Positions 24,470-37,806 are shown, counted from the first letter of the stretch. The stretch: DNA of 64,000 bases from Chrysemys picta bellii (GCF_011386835.1 NC_088798.1:101432001-101496000); one strand, 5' to 3'. Translations and numbers: made by a program. The notes: generated by a model from the letters alone, not told the origin.

Positions 24470-27400
24470 TGACAGGCTCTGATTCACCAGATCTTAAAGT
24501 TAAGCAGGTGCTTAACTGCCTTGCTGCATCGGTATAGACTTAAGCACAAGCTGGCCAGTGTCCAACTCAGAGCAGGATTGTGGTTTTTCCATCTCTCATC
24601 TGAAAGACACACGCTTACAGTAGATTGCAGGGAATGCACTCTACAGCGATAAGCCAGAAAACGGGAATCAAAATTATTTGTACAACGTCTATGTATTAGT
24701 TTAGAGGCCATACCTCATTCTGTGTTAAGTTTAGAAAACAGGGTGTAGTGCAGGTGAGGCATAAAGGAAGGATTATTAAACCAGAACCTCCTTTCAGGAC
24801 AGCAAGCTATCCAAGCAGCAGCAGATTAGCCCAATGTATTCTGTCTAACAAGGATCACCCTAATCTGGAAGTTTAAGGCACATCAGTGTCCTCATTACCT
24901 TGTTCAGAGCGTTGCCTCTTCTGTGCAAGACTGACACAAGGTCAACACCAGCCTCTATGATTTAGACATGTGTAAAATTACTCTGAGTTCAATGTTTCTA
25001 GCATTGAAAAAAAATAGAATGAGAGACTGTCACTTTATTTAAATCCATAGCCCTTTCTCCAGGCTTTTCAGCAGCCAAACCTTCCCCTCCAATACATGAA
25101 ACCCAATAATGAAGAACCCAAAAGTGCAACTGATTTAACTGATTTTCACTTCCAAAGCTGGGATAAATGTAGGAAGTAAATGAACCCCACCGGGGTTCAT
25201 AGCTAAACTCCCATTGACATTACCAGGGCCTAGATTAAACCCAGAACAGTACAAATGGATTTTTAACATTAACATTGTTAATATTTTAATGTGATAATAT
25301 TGCTAAAAGCATTGATTTGCTTACAACACTTCTGTAATGTGGATAGTGTCACTATCGTAAATAGACACTGTCCATAAAAAACAATTGTCTGATTTATTTT
25401 TAAAAAATCCTATTATGGTTACAAGTAATCTCCAAGATTATTACTGTATAATTATAGGGAAAAATATTTTTCTGTTTCTAGTTTGCTTACTTTATGTATT
25501 TAACACCACTCTGCATAAAATCAATTCCACTGTTTCCCCTGTGCCAGCTCATTTCACCTGATGTCGGTCTGGGATTTACACACAACCACATGAGAGAAAG
25601 CACCTATACTTAAAACAAAACAAAAAAAACACAACTGGGATGGGGCATTCTAGAGCAGCCAGAGTACTTGAAACATCTCTAAAACATCAAATTGTCAGAA
25701 GAAAGCTTTGATTGTCAATCTTGTACCTATATTACCTGCAAAAGTCCTCTGAATGAGGTTTGGGGGGGGGGGGGGAGAATATGTCTCCCCTCCTCCCCCA
25801 GTTTGTTTACTTAGTTCATTTGACAGCACGAAGCTAGATAGAGGCCACTGACTATACACCCTACCCCAGACCCTGAAAGAGCATTTAGCAGCAGCAGAGC
25901 AGAGAGAAACGGAGAACGAACAGGCTGCAAGCACATGCCTAGATGCACACAGAGAAAGGAGCAGGACTCGGAGCAGTAGGGTGGCTTAGTGGCATTGCTT
26001 GTGAGTGTGCCCAAAGACCCTTCTTATAGTATTGCCAAGCCCAAGCATTCAAAATTCCTGAGACTGGTTTAAAAATCATGAGATTTTAAAACGACTACAA
26101 TTCAGGTTCTTTTTATTTGCCTTCTGGTACTGGAGCCTTTAAATTTCACATTTTCAAGCTTTTCTCCACCCCCATGAGAGCTAGCAGCTGGAGGGAAGGA
26201 GGGGGCGAGGTTATTTAACATGAAAGCTGATATTCTCATATAATTAACTGACTCCAGGAGTTGGGGCTTTAAGAAAGCCATCCAATATCCTGAGGCTCAC
26301 CATAAAATCGTGAGAGTTAGCTGAAAAACTTACTGTTGCCAACACGTTTAATAATTTTTTAAATCAAGACATCCCAGGGTCTCTCTCTCTCTCTCTCAAA
26401 GATGATTTTTTTTTTAACAAGTCAGTTTTTAAAGAAGATTCAAGTTGACAAGAGCCTTTAACAATTCTGTGAAAATGACAAGATTTCCAGTTGATCTCGT
26501 TCTTTAACATAGTGAGGAGGCTTAGCTATGGAATGAAGATTTCTGATGAACATTTAAGGATGATGTGTGAACTAAAGTGCATGTGGCCATGTGCAACAAC
26601 TCAAAAAGTAAGCAAGATCGGCAGCCGAGAATTCCCCTGGTTTAGACAAATCCCCAAAAGGCATAAAGCCAATGTAGCCAACTCTATGCCACCTGCATCC
26701 TAGCTACCCTTAGCCAATAGAGCAGTCCCTAGAGGTTTTTAGCCTGCTCTAAAAATTCCACTTGGTGCCACATTGTTTCCCATCCCAGGGGAAGGAGAGT
26801 TTGATCACAACCCCTCTTCAATTTGAGGGGCTGCTACCTGCTATCTACATATTCTCCCAGCCTCTCTGCAGCTCTACCCCTCAAGCAGCCTCCAATTTTT
26901 GAAGACTCTTCTTCTGTGAGCCGCCTCAGTTCCTACCTCCAGTGCCACTCAGAATTTTCCCAAGCAGAAGCAGCCCTGACCTCAGAGTTTCCCCAAACAG
27001 CAGCAGTGAAATTAAGTGAAGATGCTGCTCCGGTCCAAGCAGCAACAGGTACACTACCAAGGTCTATTTGCAGGCTCAGATGAGATCATGGCATTGCTTC
27101 ACCTTTTGCAACCAGATTGGTAGTTGAAATATGATGTGTGAGCCAAACAAAAAAACCACACCCAACTTTGATTTCTGCAGAAATCAGCCTCAGCCCCTTC
27201 CTCTCCTCTCCATTCATTAAGTAAAATTCCCCAATTACCAATGGGATTTTCAAGCCATACTCTATTAAATGTGGTCCACTATAACACAGAAAACGCTGAT
27301 CCTCTACCCTACCCATAAATACCCAAACAACATGGCCCTTTTCCCTCTCAATAGCTTCTTACTTGTCGACCAGCAGCAACAACGAGGCCAAAACCTGCAT

Positions 27401-30400
27401 TCCTCTCACACCCAAAACTCCCAGCAAATTCAATGGAGGCGGCCACGGGTGTATACAGAATGCAGAATCAAGGCCATCAACTCTTCTGGACAAGGTTTGA
27501 TCATCTAGGGCAAGGCAGATGCAATCCATTCCGGCAGGAACAGCATGCATATTTACCAGCAGAGTAGGGGATGGGGTGGGATAAAGCTTTTACAGGCATA
27601 ACTTTGGAATAGCTGCTCTAGCCACAAGCTAGTAATGCAGCTCATCCGGTGCAAGCCCCAATAAAACTTTATCACGCTTCTAACCAATCACGCGAAAGGT
27701 ATTAAAGATAAATTTTACAAATCTCAGAACTTTACCAGTGCTGTGTGTGCGCATCTGACTATAGAACTGGGCTGCGTTAGTTACCAGCAGTAACTACATC
27801 AGAGGGTCTCTGTAGGCAAAAGGAAGGAAAATCAAAATATTGCAAATACACAAACTTCCTAAGAGTTAAACTGTTCCCTTGGCGCACACACGAGGCTGAA
27901 AAACACAAAGGGTGAAACCCTGCTTCCGTTGAAGTCGGTAGGAGTTTTGCAATGGACTTCACTCCATGAGTTTGGACTTCCAAAGTTTTCAGCTGATCCT
28001 TCCTTAGAGGGGGGAAGGGAATGTTTCCACATGCACATTCCACAGAATGGTCAAGAGGTTCAGCCCACTGAACCACTCAGCTTCCCAAGGTTCATGCAGA
28101 CACCAGGGGATATGGCCCTGGTTTCTATGCACGAGCAGCTACTGTACTGCGTCCTGCTCCTCCACGCAGGATCTGCAACAGAACAGCTCCAGCAGGGATC
28201 AAGAAACCACCATGTCCCTGTTAGATGCTGCTGCTGGCAAAACAACCCCACCCACAGAAGGGGATTTCACGAAGCGGAGGTAGAAAGCAGTCAATGATGG
28301 GATAAGGAATCCCCATACATCTCCTGGAGAGGGAGAAAAGAATGATGCCACTGAAAGAAGTTGGGAACCTGCACTGCCTCTGATCTGCCATCTCCTTAAC
28401 CACAGAGGGATTTCCATGGCGTCAGGGAAGGCACCATACAATCATCTTCTTCAGCCGAGACTGATGAATAGTGTTTCTGCTACTGTGCCAAGAATTCCAT
28501 GAAGAGCTGCCCTCCTTCAAAATGGCTGCCATGCCCCATTGTTCTCAATGAGACTGAAGCTAAAATTGTCTACTTTCAAACAGCAGTGAAGCCAAGCTGC
28601 CCTCAGGGAAGATGGTGGCCCTGAACACATAGGTGGCCAGCAGGCCTACAGACACTTATGTACTCATCATAATTTTATGGCTGTGGCACAATGTTACTAC
28701 AGAGGGCAGAGTTAAGGATGTTTGGGACCTTAACTGTGCATTTCCATTCCTTGACAGGTCAGCTTTCTTAAAAATTAACCTTAACTCTGAATTTCTTGGA
28801 TTTGTAGTGCCTATTTATGGGATAATTACAGCATCCTTGTAATTATTTTTACCCATAAGTTGCTGGTAGGCACTGAGCCTTTACTCCAATCTAATATAGC
28901 TTGATCCAGGAACTAAACAGATATTTAAAATTGCAGTCACCTGACTTATAAAGCTAAGAAAGAATCTGTTTATCAAGATAGAACTGCTATCCATATTGAC
29001 AGAGCTGTCTTCCTTATTTTTAATTTGAGACGAAAGGAAGTTTTTTATTAGCATAAATAGATGATCTAGCCAAAAAATAAGTTTTTTGGACTTTAATTTT
29101 AACTGAAGGAAACAAAGCAAGTAGAAAATAAAAAGAGCAGCAATATTTTACATCTAGAATGAGTGGCAAGAAATACATGGAAGCAAATATATTTATTATT
29201 ATACCTAATATTTCCACCCCAGAGACTTGCTAACACCCACTCTACTATCAGATGTCAATGCTACAGTACAGATAGAAGAGATTGATGTAGCTAGCTATAT
29301 GAGAGAGAGAGAAAACATGAATGCAAGAGCGAGCACTAGCTAATGTTTATTTTTGTAAGGCCACATGCAAATAAAATAATTTTAAAGACTATGGGCTAGG
29401 ATTGTCAAAGGAGCTTAGAGGAATTAACTTGCCAAATATCCCCAGTACTCAATAGGAGTTTGCCATCTAACTCACTTTGGCTTCTTTGAAAATGCCAGCC
29501 TTGATTTTTTGGGGGAGGTGGGGTGGGGGGATTTTGCAGAGGATCTGAAAATAATGAAGCAGAACTGGCTAGTTCTGCTCCTCTCCCCCATTTAAGAAAA
29601 AAAAAATCAATATAAGGAAAGGATTTTTTGGTTTTGAGATAAGTAATATTTCCCCTATTTTGTTAAGGCATTTTTGGCATTGCCGATTACTACAAAATGG
29701 ATACACAAAATTTGGTAATGTGCAATTGGAGTATACTGCAGATATGAGCACTAGAACCCAAAAGAACATTATTTTCAGGGAAGTGAACTTGATAAAAATC
29801 ACAAAGATAAAGAGTTCCACAACGTAGGATAACAAATTTAACCCTAAGTTAATTATTCAAATTCAACACCAATATCAGTTGCTTTGTGATGCAAATATTA
29901 AACTTCTCAGAAAAATACTAGGCAGACGTCACCATATTTATGCAAAATCATCCAAAACCATTATTTTAAATTACAATATTGGAAAATTTAGGTTTTCAAT
30001 AATTCTTCTGTTGTTTTTTTTTTTTGGGGGGGGGGGGGGGGTTTGACCTATAAATTGTGTCTAATTTCATCAGAGGTAAAGAACACACATTTTTGATCAT
30101 ACAGCTGTGTAGTTTTGCCAGACAAAGAATGGCCATACCAGCACTGACAAAAAGAACTGATTTCAAAGTAAGCAATTTAGATTGCCACACATGACCGGCT
30201 TAGACAAAATCACCTGCTCTGCAAACATTTAGGCACATGAGAAACTTTATACATGCAAGCAGCTGCACTGAACAACTCACAAGTGTAAACGTTTCTCAAG
30301 AATACAAGAGTTGGCAGGTTTAGGAACTACATATGACATGACCTGATAATAAAGTACTTTTCTTTAAATTTGACTGAGTGGGAGAGAAATTAAAATCCAG

Positions 30401-30894
30401 AGAAGAAAATTAAAGGAGGTCAAACTTGAGGCCTAAACTATCTTTATGCAAGTTTATAAAATGTTCCCATCAAAATTCTAAGCACATGTACAAATATTAA
30501 AACAAAGCCACCGCAAAAAAAACACACAGAGAAAGTACTTGACAGAGTTCTTTTTAAAGAGCTATTCATTCCACTTTTCAGAGTGTACGATGTAGCTTTT
30601 GTGGGGTTCAACAAGACATGCACTTCTAGAACGTGAGAACCTAACATCTCTCAACTGTCTCTTCGGAGGGGACATAAATCCAAGATCCTCACAGCCTGGG
30701 TTCATTGAAGAGCCTTCCCTCCCTACCCTGAGAGCAATAGTGTGGTAAGCCATAGTTTGGATAATTATATTCAAACCAACAAAATCCCCCAGAAGTTTCA
30801 GTGGGATTTTTCACTTTCAAAGACTGAGGGGATATGGAGATTGAGATACTTTTCATTCCCTCAGAACAATCAGTCTAAAACAAAATTGAGCCAA

Positions 30895-30985
30895 ACTGGT
30901 TACTATAGGGACATGTATGTTTGTATAGTGCCCAGAATGATCAGGCCCGGTCCATATTTGGGCTTTTGGGCACTACCATAATAGA
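30895..30985 (+). mobile_element. L2-type 3' end remnant
   Basis: tgtttgtatagtgcccagaatgatcaggccc...gggcactaccataata motif. Confidence 0.45.
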
Positions 30986-31453
30986 AGTGATTAACAAGGA
31001 GGATAATGAATTGCCACTCTCCATTGGGATGAGCACATGGCCTCAGCTTCCTCTCCTGTCAACTCTCAGGCACTAGCTTCACTTTAAAAACTGCAAGAAT
31101 TGGACACAAGTTATATGGGCAAGTATCTAAAATACCTCCGATTTAAATACACTAATGATTAATCTCCACAGCTGGCCATTTAAACGAACACTAGATCTAT
31201 TCTAGAATATATTTTACTGCAAGAGAGATCACAGGCTGACAGTTTTGTTTTGAACATTAAATATACAAACAACTATTGAGACTCTTGATTCATCTAAGGA
31301 TAGAATCCCGCCCCTTGCTACTTGGACAAAATTCCCTTTGGCTGCAATGAGAATTTTGCTCAAGTAAGGACTGCAGCCAGGTTTCGTTTTAGGTACAGTA
31401 TGTTGGAGAAACAAAGTTTTCCTCACATCCCAAAAGGCAGCAGTTCCATCAAT

Positions 31454-32029
31454 GACAGGTTTCAGAGTAGCAGCCGTGTTAGTCTGTATCCGCAAAAAGA
31501 ACAGGAGTACTTGTGGCACCTTAGAGACTAACAAATTTATTAGAGCATAAGCTTTCGTGGACTACAGCCCACTTCTTCGGATGCATATAGAATGGAACAT
31601 ATATTAAGGAGATATATATACACACATACAGAGAGTATAAACAGGTGGGAGTTGTCTTACCAACTCTGAGAGGCCAATTAATTAAGAGAAAAAAAAAAAA
31701 AACTTTTGAAGTGATAATCAAGATAGCCCAGTACAGACAGTTTGATAAGAAGTGTGAGAACACTTACAAGGGGAGATTTGTAAGTATTCTCACACTTCTT
31801 ATCAAACTGTCTGTACTGGGCTATCTTGATTATCACTTCAAAAGTTTTTTTTTTTTTCCCTCTTAATTAATTGGCCTCTCAGAGTTGGTAAGACAACTCC
31901 CACCTGTTTATGCTCTCTGTATGTGTGTATATATATCTCCTCAATATATGTTCCATTCTATATGCATCCGAAGAAGTGGTCCACGAAAGCTTATGCTCTA
32001 ATAAATTTGTTAGTCTCTAAGGTGCCACA
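31454..32029. mobile_element. Fold-back Penelope element with about 260-bp inverted arms
   Basis: Arms 31509-31769 and 31778-32032, 8-nt loop, TSD AGTTCCATCAAT (31442-31453 / 32030-32041). Hammerhead-like motifs at 31545-31584 (-) and 31964-31996 (+). Confidence 0.92.
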
Positions 32030-32341
32030 AGTTCCATCAATATTATTATTCAGTGAAAACTTTCCCCCTACACAAAGGTCACCAGCACAACTTGGAAAGG
32101 GAGCACTCCGCAGATTTTTAGCTTCTAGAAGTTTAAGTTTCTGGCTTCAGAAAGTCTCAGGGGCATTCAAAGAAGAACGCCTACATGGGGAATATAAAAT
32201 ATTTACCTCTTCTCTAGGGCATTCCCATGCAACAATCACAAGATGCAATCTCATTATTTGCACTATGTTCAGTGGCCATTACGAGCTTAGCTTTTTCTTC
32301 GAAAACTACAGCAACCAAGGTATCACAGACAAAAACAAGAC

Positions 32342-32449
32342 AGGTTTCAGAGTAGCAGTCGTGTTAGTCTGTAACTGCAAAAAGAACAGGAGTACTTGTG
32401 GCACCTTTGTTAGTCTCTAAGGTGCCACAAGTACTCCTGTTCTTTTTTT
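32342..32449. mobile_element. Mini fold-back Penelope pLTR
   Basis: Perfect 29-bp arms 32379-32407 and 32419-32447, 11-nt loop, TSD AAAAACAAGAC. Confidence 0.9.
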
Positions 32450-33040
32450 AAAAACAAGACTGCACAGGAAATAATGGCCCATCTACCCTATGAGCAGCTA
32501 TATAGCTCGGTCCTGCTGTCTCCCTCTACCTGTCATAAAATACAGGTCGCTGGTTTTGGCTTACAAAGGATGTGTAACTATACTTCAGTATATTTGCAAA
32601 ATTCATAAACGTTTGTTAACTACAAAAAGTACTAAATGGGTGCCACTGGGTACCAGTCAAGATTTACAGAACTGAAATCAACTAGCTGAAATTAAAAAGT
32701 GAGGCGAACACTAAATCAGAATTTAAAATTTTACTGGTAGGCTGCACTACATCAACCCACATTAAATTTCTACACCTCACCGCCACATGTTCCTTAAATG
32801 CCAATGTCAATAAGACAAAAATGCATTCCAACATCTCAAAAAAAAATTATGGAAAGTTTTGCATGGAAATAAATTCCCTTCACACTGAGCAGAAGTAACC
32901 TTCACCTATGACATTGCAATGTCTAGTAATTAGAAGATAAAACAGATATTTTGTGCAGGGGATTAGGGAAAAAGGGCCTTGCAGGAACAGGAGCCTAACA
33001 TGCTTCAGAAGGAAGGTGAATTTTCACAGGATCATTGAGA

Positions 33041-33118
33041 ATCTGTTAGTCTTTAAGGTGCCACCGGACTCGTTGTTTTTGTGGATACAGACCAACAGGG
33101 CTACCCCGAATACTTGAC
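33041..33118 (+). mobile_element. Penelope pLTR 3' fragment
   Basis: atctgttagtctttaaggtgccaccggactc...ctaccccgaatacttgac; no hammerhead retained. Confidence 0.8.
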
Positions 33119-33386
33119 AGTCCTTTACTTAATCACTGCTTCTTGCATGCCAATGAGTGCCACTGGCTAAGTGATCTGGTTCTTACAAGTCACACATCTC
33201 ACATTCTTGCTGATAAGCTTATGCAACTATAAGTAAGCTTAATTTCAAGTTAAGTTAAAAGGCAGTTCCCATGAGAATGTCTCCCCTTAGACTGCCTTTA
33301 AAAAAAAAATAAATAAATAAAAAGAGCAGAGATTCTTGTATTGTATCCAAGGTCCACCAGTTCAGAGGGATTTTAAATCTTGAAAG

Positions 33387-33410
33387 CACACACACACACA
33401 CACACACACA
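33387..33410. repeat. (CA)12 microsatellite
   Basis: Direct reading. Confidence 0.95.
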
Positions 33411-33701
33411 CTCCACTCAGATAGTTAACCTAGGACAATTTGTACGAGGAAGCGCTGGGGGGGAAGGGAGGTGTGGAAAAGTGCCTGGGGGTGATGACTG
33501 TCTCAGTGAAACACAATGCAAAAATCCTTCCTCACAAGGGAGAGCTTTGGTAATTCACCTCCGCCCAGCCCCCGTGAAGCAGGGCTGTGACACTGACGAA
33601 GAAGTGCCAGGCTCCACGGCGTCTCCTGCGGGGGGCTCGCAATGCCCTGCCAGCCCCAATGCAAACACAAAGGCGTCTGCCCTGCCCAGCCCAGCACATA
33701 C

Positions 33702-33715
33702 CTTTCATCCTCCAT
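33702..33715 (-). CDS. KLHL3: Kelch-like protein 3, coding exon 1 (MEDE + AG)
   Basis: Minus strand reads GCACA-ATG GAG GAT GAA AG|GTATGT: strong Kozak, GT donor, 14 nt, phase 2, which fits exon 2. Matches the recalled human start MEGES. Confidence 0.85.
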
Positions 33716-34260
33716 TGTGCGCAGCCGGACTGGAGCCTGAACTCTGCATGCACTCCAGCCCTCTCGCAATCCTGCGGCCGCGGGCAGGCAGCGGGCTGGA
33801 GGGATTAATCAGCGCCGGTGATTCAGCACGGCTGCAGTCGGACGCTTCAGAGCGGCTGCCTCTCACTTGCTCCTAAAGCAGCAGCAGCTAATGCAGCAGC
33901 CCCAGCGCTCCTTACCCAGAGCTCCCTGCAGCTGCCGCTACTGCTGCGGCACCAGCCCCCTCCCTCCTCCTCCCCTCCCCCCTTCCCTCCAAGCTTGCTA
34001 CTCGGTCTCCTGGCAACAGCAACTGCGGGAGCGGTGTGAAGTTTACACCTCTCCAGCGGCTGCAGCTGCACAATGCATCCTCCGGTCTCTGTAGCACCAG
34101 CCAGGGATTTTGTCAAGGGCGGGGGGGGGGAGACAGGGAGAGTCTCTGGCTTGCCACATGCCTATACCCTCCAGCTGCAGGGAACCTATTTCCCCAAACA
34201 CACACTCCCCTCCACTACTACACTTCAAAAAGGTGCTAGTTACCCCCACCCTCACCTCTA
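33716..34260 (-). promoter_or_regulatory. KLHL3 5'UTR and proximal promoter (GC- and CAG/CTG-rich)
   Basis: CpG-enriched, repeat-free stretch directly upstream of the exon 1 ATG. The transcription start cannot be fixed from sequence. Confidence 0.6.
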
Positions 34261-34529
34261 AGACCTTTGCATGGCTTGTCCTACCCTAGGCATTGCCCAG
34301 CCAAACGGGGAGAATGGTCCCCCCACTTCCCACTCAGATCTGCAGCTGTCCCTTTTAAAGGCTGTAATTCACACAGTAGAAATCATTGCAAATGTAAGAG
34401 AACCAGTCAACCGATCATGGACCAGATCTGATTCTAATGGCTATTAAACTAGTAAATGTAATTGCTTTGGAGCAAATCCAGGTAGGACACCGGACAGTGA
34501 CATTCCTGCTTGAGGAGCAACTGTGTTCG

Positions 34530-34725
34530 TCACAGATTTCTAGGCCAGAAGGGATCTTCTAGTCTGATCTCCTGTACAGCACAGACCACCGAACTTCCCC
34601 AGAATAATTCCTAGAGCAGCTCTTTTAGAAAAAAACATCCAGTCTTGATTTAAAAATCTCCAACGAGGATGAATCCACCAAGACCCTTGGTAAATTGTTC
34701 CCATGGTTAATTACTCTCACTGAAT
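34530..34725 (-). mobile_element. Old CR1 3' fragment
   Basis: aggccagaagggatc...tagtctgatctcctg...ggttaattactctcactg, same family as the 41265 and 61450 copies. Confidence 0.65.
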
Positions 34726-35899
34726 TTAGATCTGTGACATCCTCTGAAGCAGATCTATATATGCTCTCTCTTCTATCATTCCCATCTCCTCAGAATCTGA
34801 ACCCCTAGCCTCCAGGGGAGGAGACAGGTCAGGAGCATGACTAGTTATGGGCCCCATAACTACACACATCCCTGGTATAAGAGCAGGAGCAGCAGATGTG
34901 GCTGCATTGTACCAGTGGTGCCCTTCCCCCGAGCTACAGTACAACTCTCACGTGGTGCCCCCATTCACACTCACTTGACAGGGAGCAGGGGAGCACTTGC
35001 CTCTAGCTTCTATTTTTATAAAAATACTGCAGAAAAGGCCCTAAACACTGCCGTAAAATGACTAAACTACAGTGATTTGGACCACTATTGTCAAATACTG
35101 TCACATTTGACTAAGGAGGTTTCCTTTTTCAAATGCTTTTCCCTATTGTTTCTCTTTTAAAAGAGCTCTGCCCTGTAGGTCCATCTTTGCCAAATACCCA
35201 CCAACATGCCATCTGGGGTAAAATTAGGATGCATACACCAAAAATAACCTGCAACCCAACTGGACACTGACCTTGTAGTACTAAAGAGCACAGGAACCAC
35301 TGTCAGTGTATTATATAAGCTTATTACAGTATATTTGGTTATAATGCAGAATACTGTAGGATTTCTTAACAAAACAGACTAATGGGGTATTTAGCCCTCC
35401 CCTACAGATGTATAGTATGCATATTATACAAGGCCAAATGTAACTCACTCTTTGGTAGAGAAAATGCTTCTTCTGGACTTCAGGTGCAAGTCAGTTCATG
35501 CCCTGAAGCATGTGATTCAGTAACTCTTGCTAGGTTTACCCCCAGTTAATATAACTGCAGATGCTACACCTCATTTTAATCATTTATTAATTTCATTAAG
35601 TTTTTTTCCTCCACCATACTCTCTGGCAGTTAGCTCCAGAAACTAAAGTATTTACTTTCTTCATTAGATGAAATGAAAAAGCAACGTTCTTACACTATGG
35701 AAAGAGATGGTTTTATATGGCACAGCGATAGCACTTACTATCTTCTAAACGGTCTCCTTTCTAAATGAAATAATCCTAGTCTTTAAAATTTCTCATACAG
35801 TTGCATTATCCCTGCCCTTTTTGTTCCCCATCTTTGTTCCATGTCTTTTAAAATGTGTTGGTAATGGCAAGTTAATAATTTACACTTCTACAGAGCCTT

Positions 35900-36062
35900 T
35901 TAACAGAAGCTCTTTGAAAATATTCAATATCGAAACAAGGTTCTAGCATCCCCATTTTACAGCTGAGAAAACTTAGGACACGTCGGTTAAATGACTTGGC
36001 TAAAGTCACACAAAGATGCAGCGTTCAGAATAGAATCAAGGTCTCCCAACCATCCAGTCCTA
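35900..36062 (-). mobile_element. MIR remnant
   Basis: cccattttacagctgagaaaacttagg...ggttaaatgacttggctaaagtcacaca is an antisense MIR core. Confidence 0.6.
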
Positions 36063-37806
36063 CAGTTTAAACGAGTTCAGCTGTCTCCCCATAGATAGAG
36101 AAAACAGAGCATAAAGCAGAGTTGCACACAGGATTCAGAAGAACACTGAGGATGTTTTCCCTTTGAAAATACCCTTTAACTGAGTGAAAAGATCCTCACC
36201 AAGACCCTAATGTACATTCCAAGTGCCCATTCAATCACGTTCTCATGGCATATGGTATACAAGGTAGTGAAAGCATCAGAGTTCAAGGCACATGGCAAAC
36301 ACTAAAAGGAAATAATTTATTTAGAAACGGAGGGTCCAGGCCTGCTCCCATGGAAGTCAATGGCAAAACTTCCAACTGATTTCTAGACAAGCAAGAGCAG
36401 GCCCTGCCATTGGTGCCCAATGCCAACCCCCTGAGCAGCGTACGTTTATCAAACAAAGAGCTATCATAACAAAACATCAGCCTTTCAGCCAAAGACCAAC
36501 AACAGAACATCCCACCTCAACCAGCCTAGTACCTATGACTGAACGAAACCAACAACCCTTTAAATGCTCTGTTAAACAGGTATATTTAATACTGAACCTT
36601 GAATTCCCTCCAATGGGAATGGCTTCTCAGAGCTATGAAGTGTTAAATCCCAAACAGAGACAGTGGGTAGTAACTCCTGGGATGGGACAGAGGCAAGTTC
36701 TAGTAATCAGTGATTGTCTTTACAGCAGCCTTGCAAAATAGTCTTGACCGTTTTACACAAGGCACATAATTGCTTGCTTACCATTTACTGCAAGGACTGA
36801 TGGCCATGAAAATGTGGATATTTTACTCTGCCAAAAAAGTTACTCAGGGTGAATGGAATTTTTCAGGGCTGATTTACAGTGCTCCTAGTAAAACTGGAAC
36901 TGGGTGTGTAATACCGGTACCTTCCTACTTGGCATGTGTGGTTGTGTTTCCAAATCTGCATCTTGACAAATACTCTGGTCTACTTTTTTTTTTTTTTTAA
37001 TTTAGAAAAAAAAATTTGGAGTCCATAATCCCAGTCTGTAAAAACACACAAGGCACACTAAACACGGATATTGAGGTGAACTGAGATCATAAACTCTTCA
37101 GGGCCCGGACCATCAGCTGAATGCAACTTGTGAAATGGGATGCCATGCCTCCATTTTTGGGTGCCCAAACTGAGACATCTTGGGCCTGGTTTTCAGAGGC
37201 TCTCTCACACAGTACAAATTGACTTCAAGAGAAGTAGGAGTGCTGAACACTTCTGAAAATATGGCCTAATTATCTCACTTTGGACACCCAGCACTGCCAT
37301 CATTAAAAACCAAAACCAGTTGGGGGGGGGGGGGGATTTTGTCCTGTGTCTTCACTCATTTTATGAGGTGCTTAGCACATCTTTGGCATCTGAAAAAATA
37401 ATATTCAAACTTGACAGAACTCAAAGAATGCAGCCAATCTTTGTCCTCTCTCCTGAGAGGAACAAAAGTAAAATGACAACCAAAACATCTAACATATGAA
37501 TATGACGACATCATAAGGCCCCAAATCATCGGAATACTCGAGAGAAAGGTCTGGGAAGGGCTCAAGATAAGGATTTTTTCAGATCAGCCAATTAACGGGT
37601 TTTGGCAGCGAAAGCATAGGAGGTAGAAACATTGGCATCACCTTTGCTTTAAGCTTTTGCCTTCCATGATACATTGTCTTCAAAGCCTTTTTCAATGTGC
37701 CAGTATTCTTTCTCCACAAGCAACTAACGTGAGGCTCGAGCACTGGGCCCCAGACTGAGATGCAAAAGAATCTTTTTATGGAATGTTTATTTTTTTAAAC
37801 TGACTG

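Noticed and set aside
25180-25200. Palindrome ATGAACCCC-ACC-GGGGTTCAT
   Set aside because: A 9-bp stem is unremarkable in 64 kb of repeat-rich DNA.
33716-33769. TTG-initiated 18-codon N-terminal extension of KLHL3 suggested by the ORF track
   Set aside because: Weak near-cognate start, a strong main ATG and no supporting homology.
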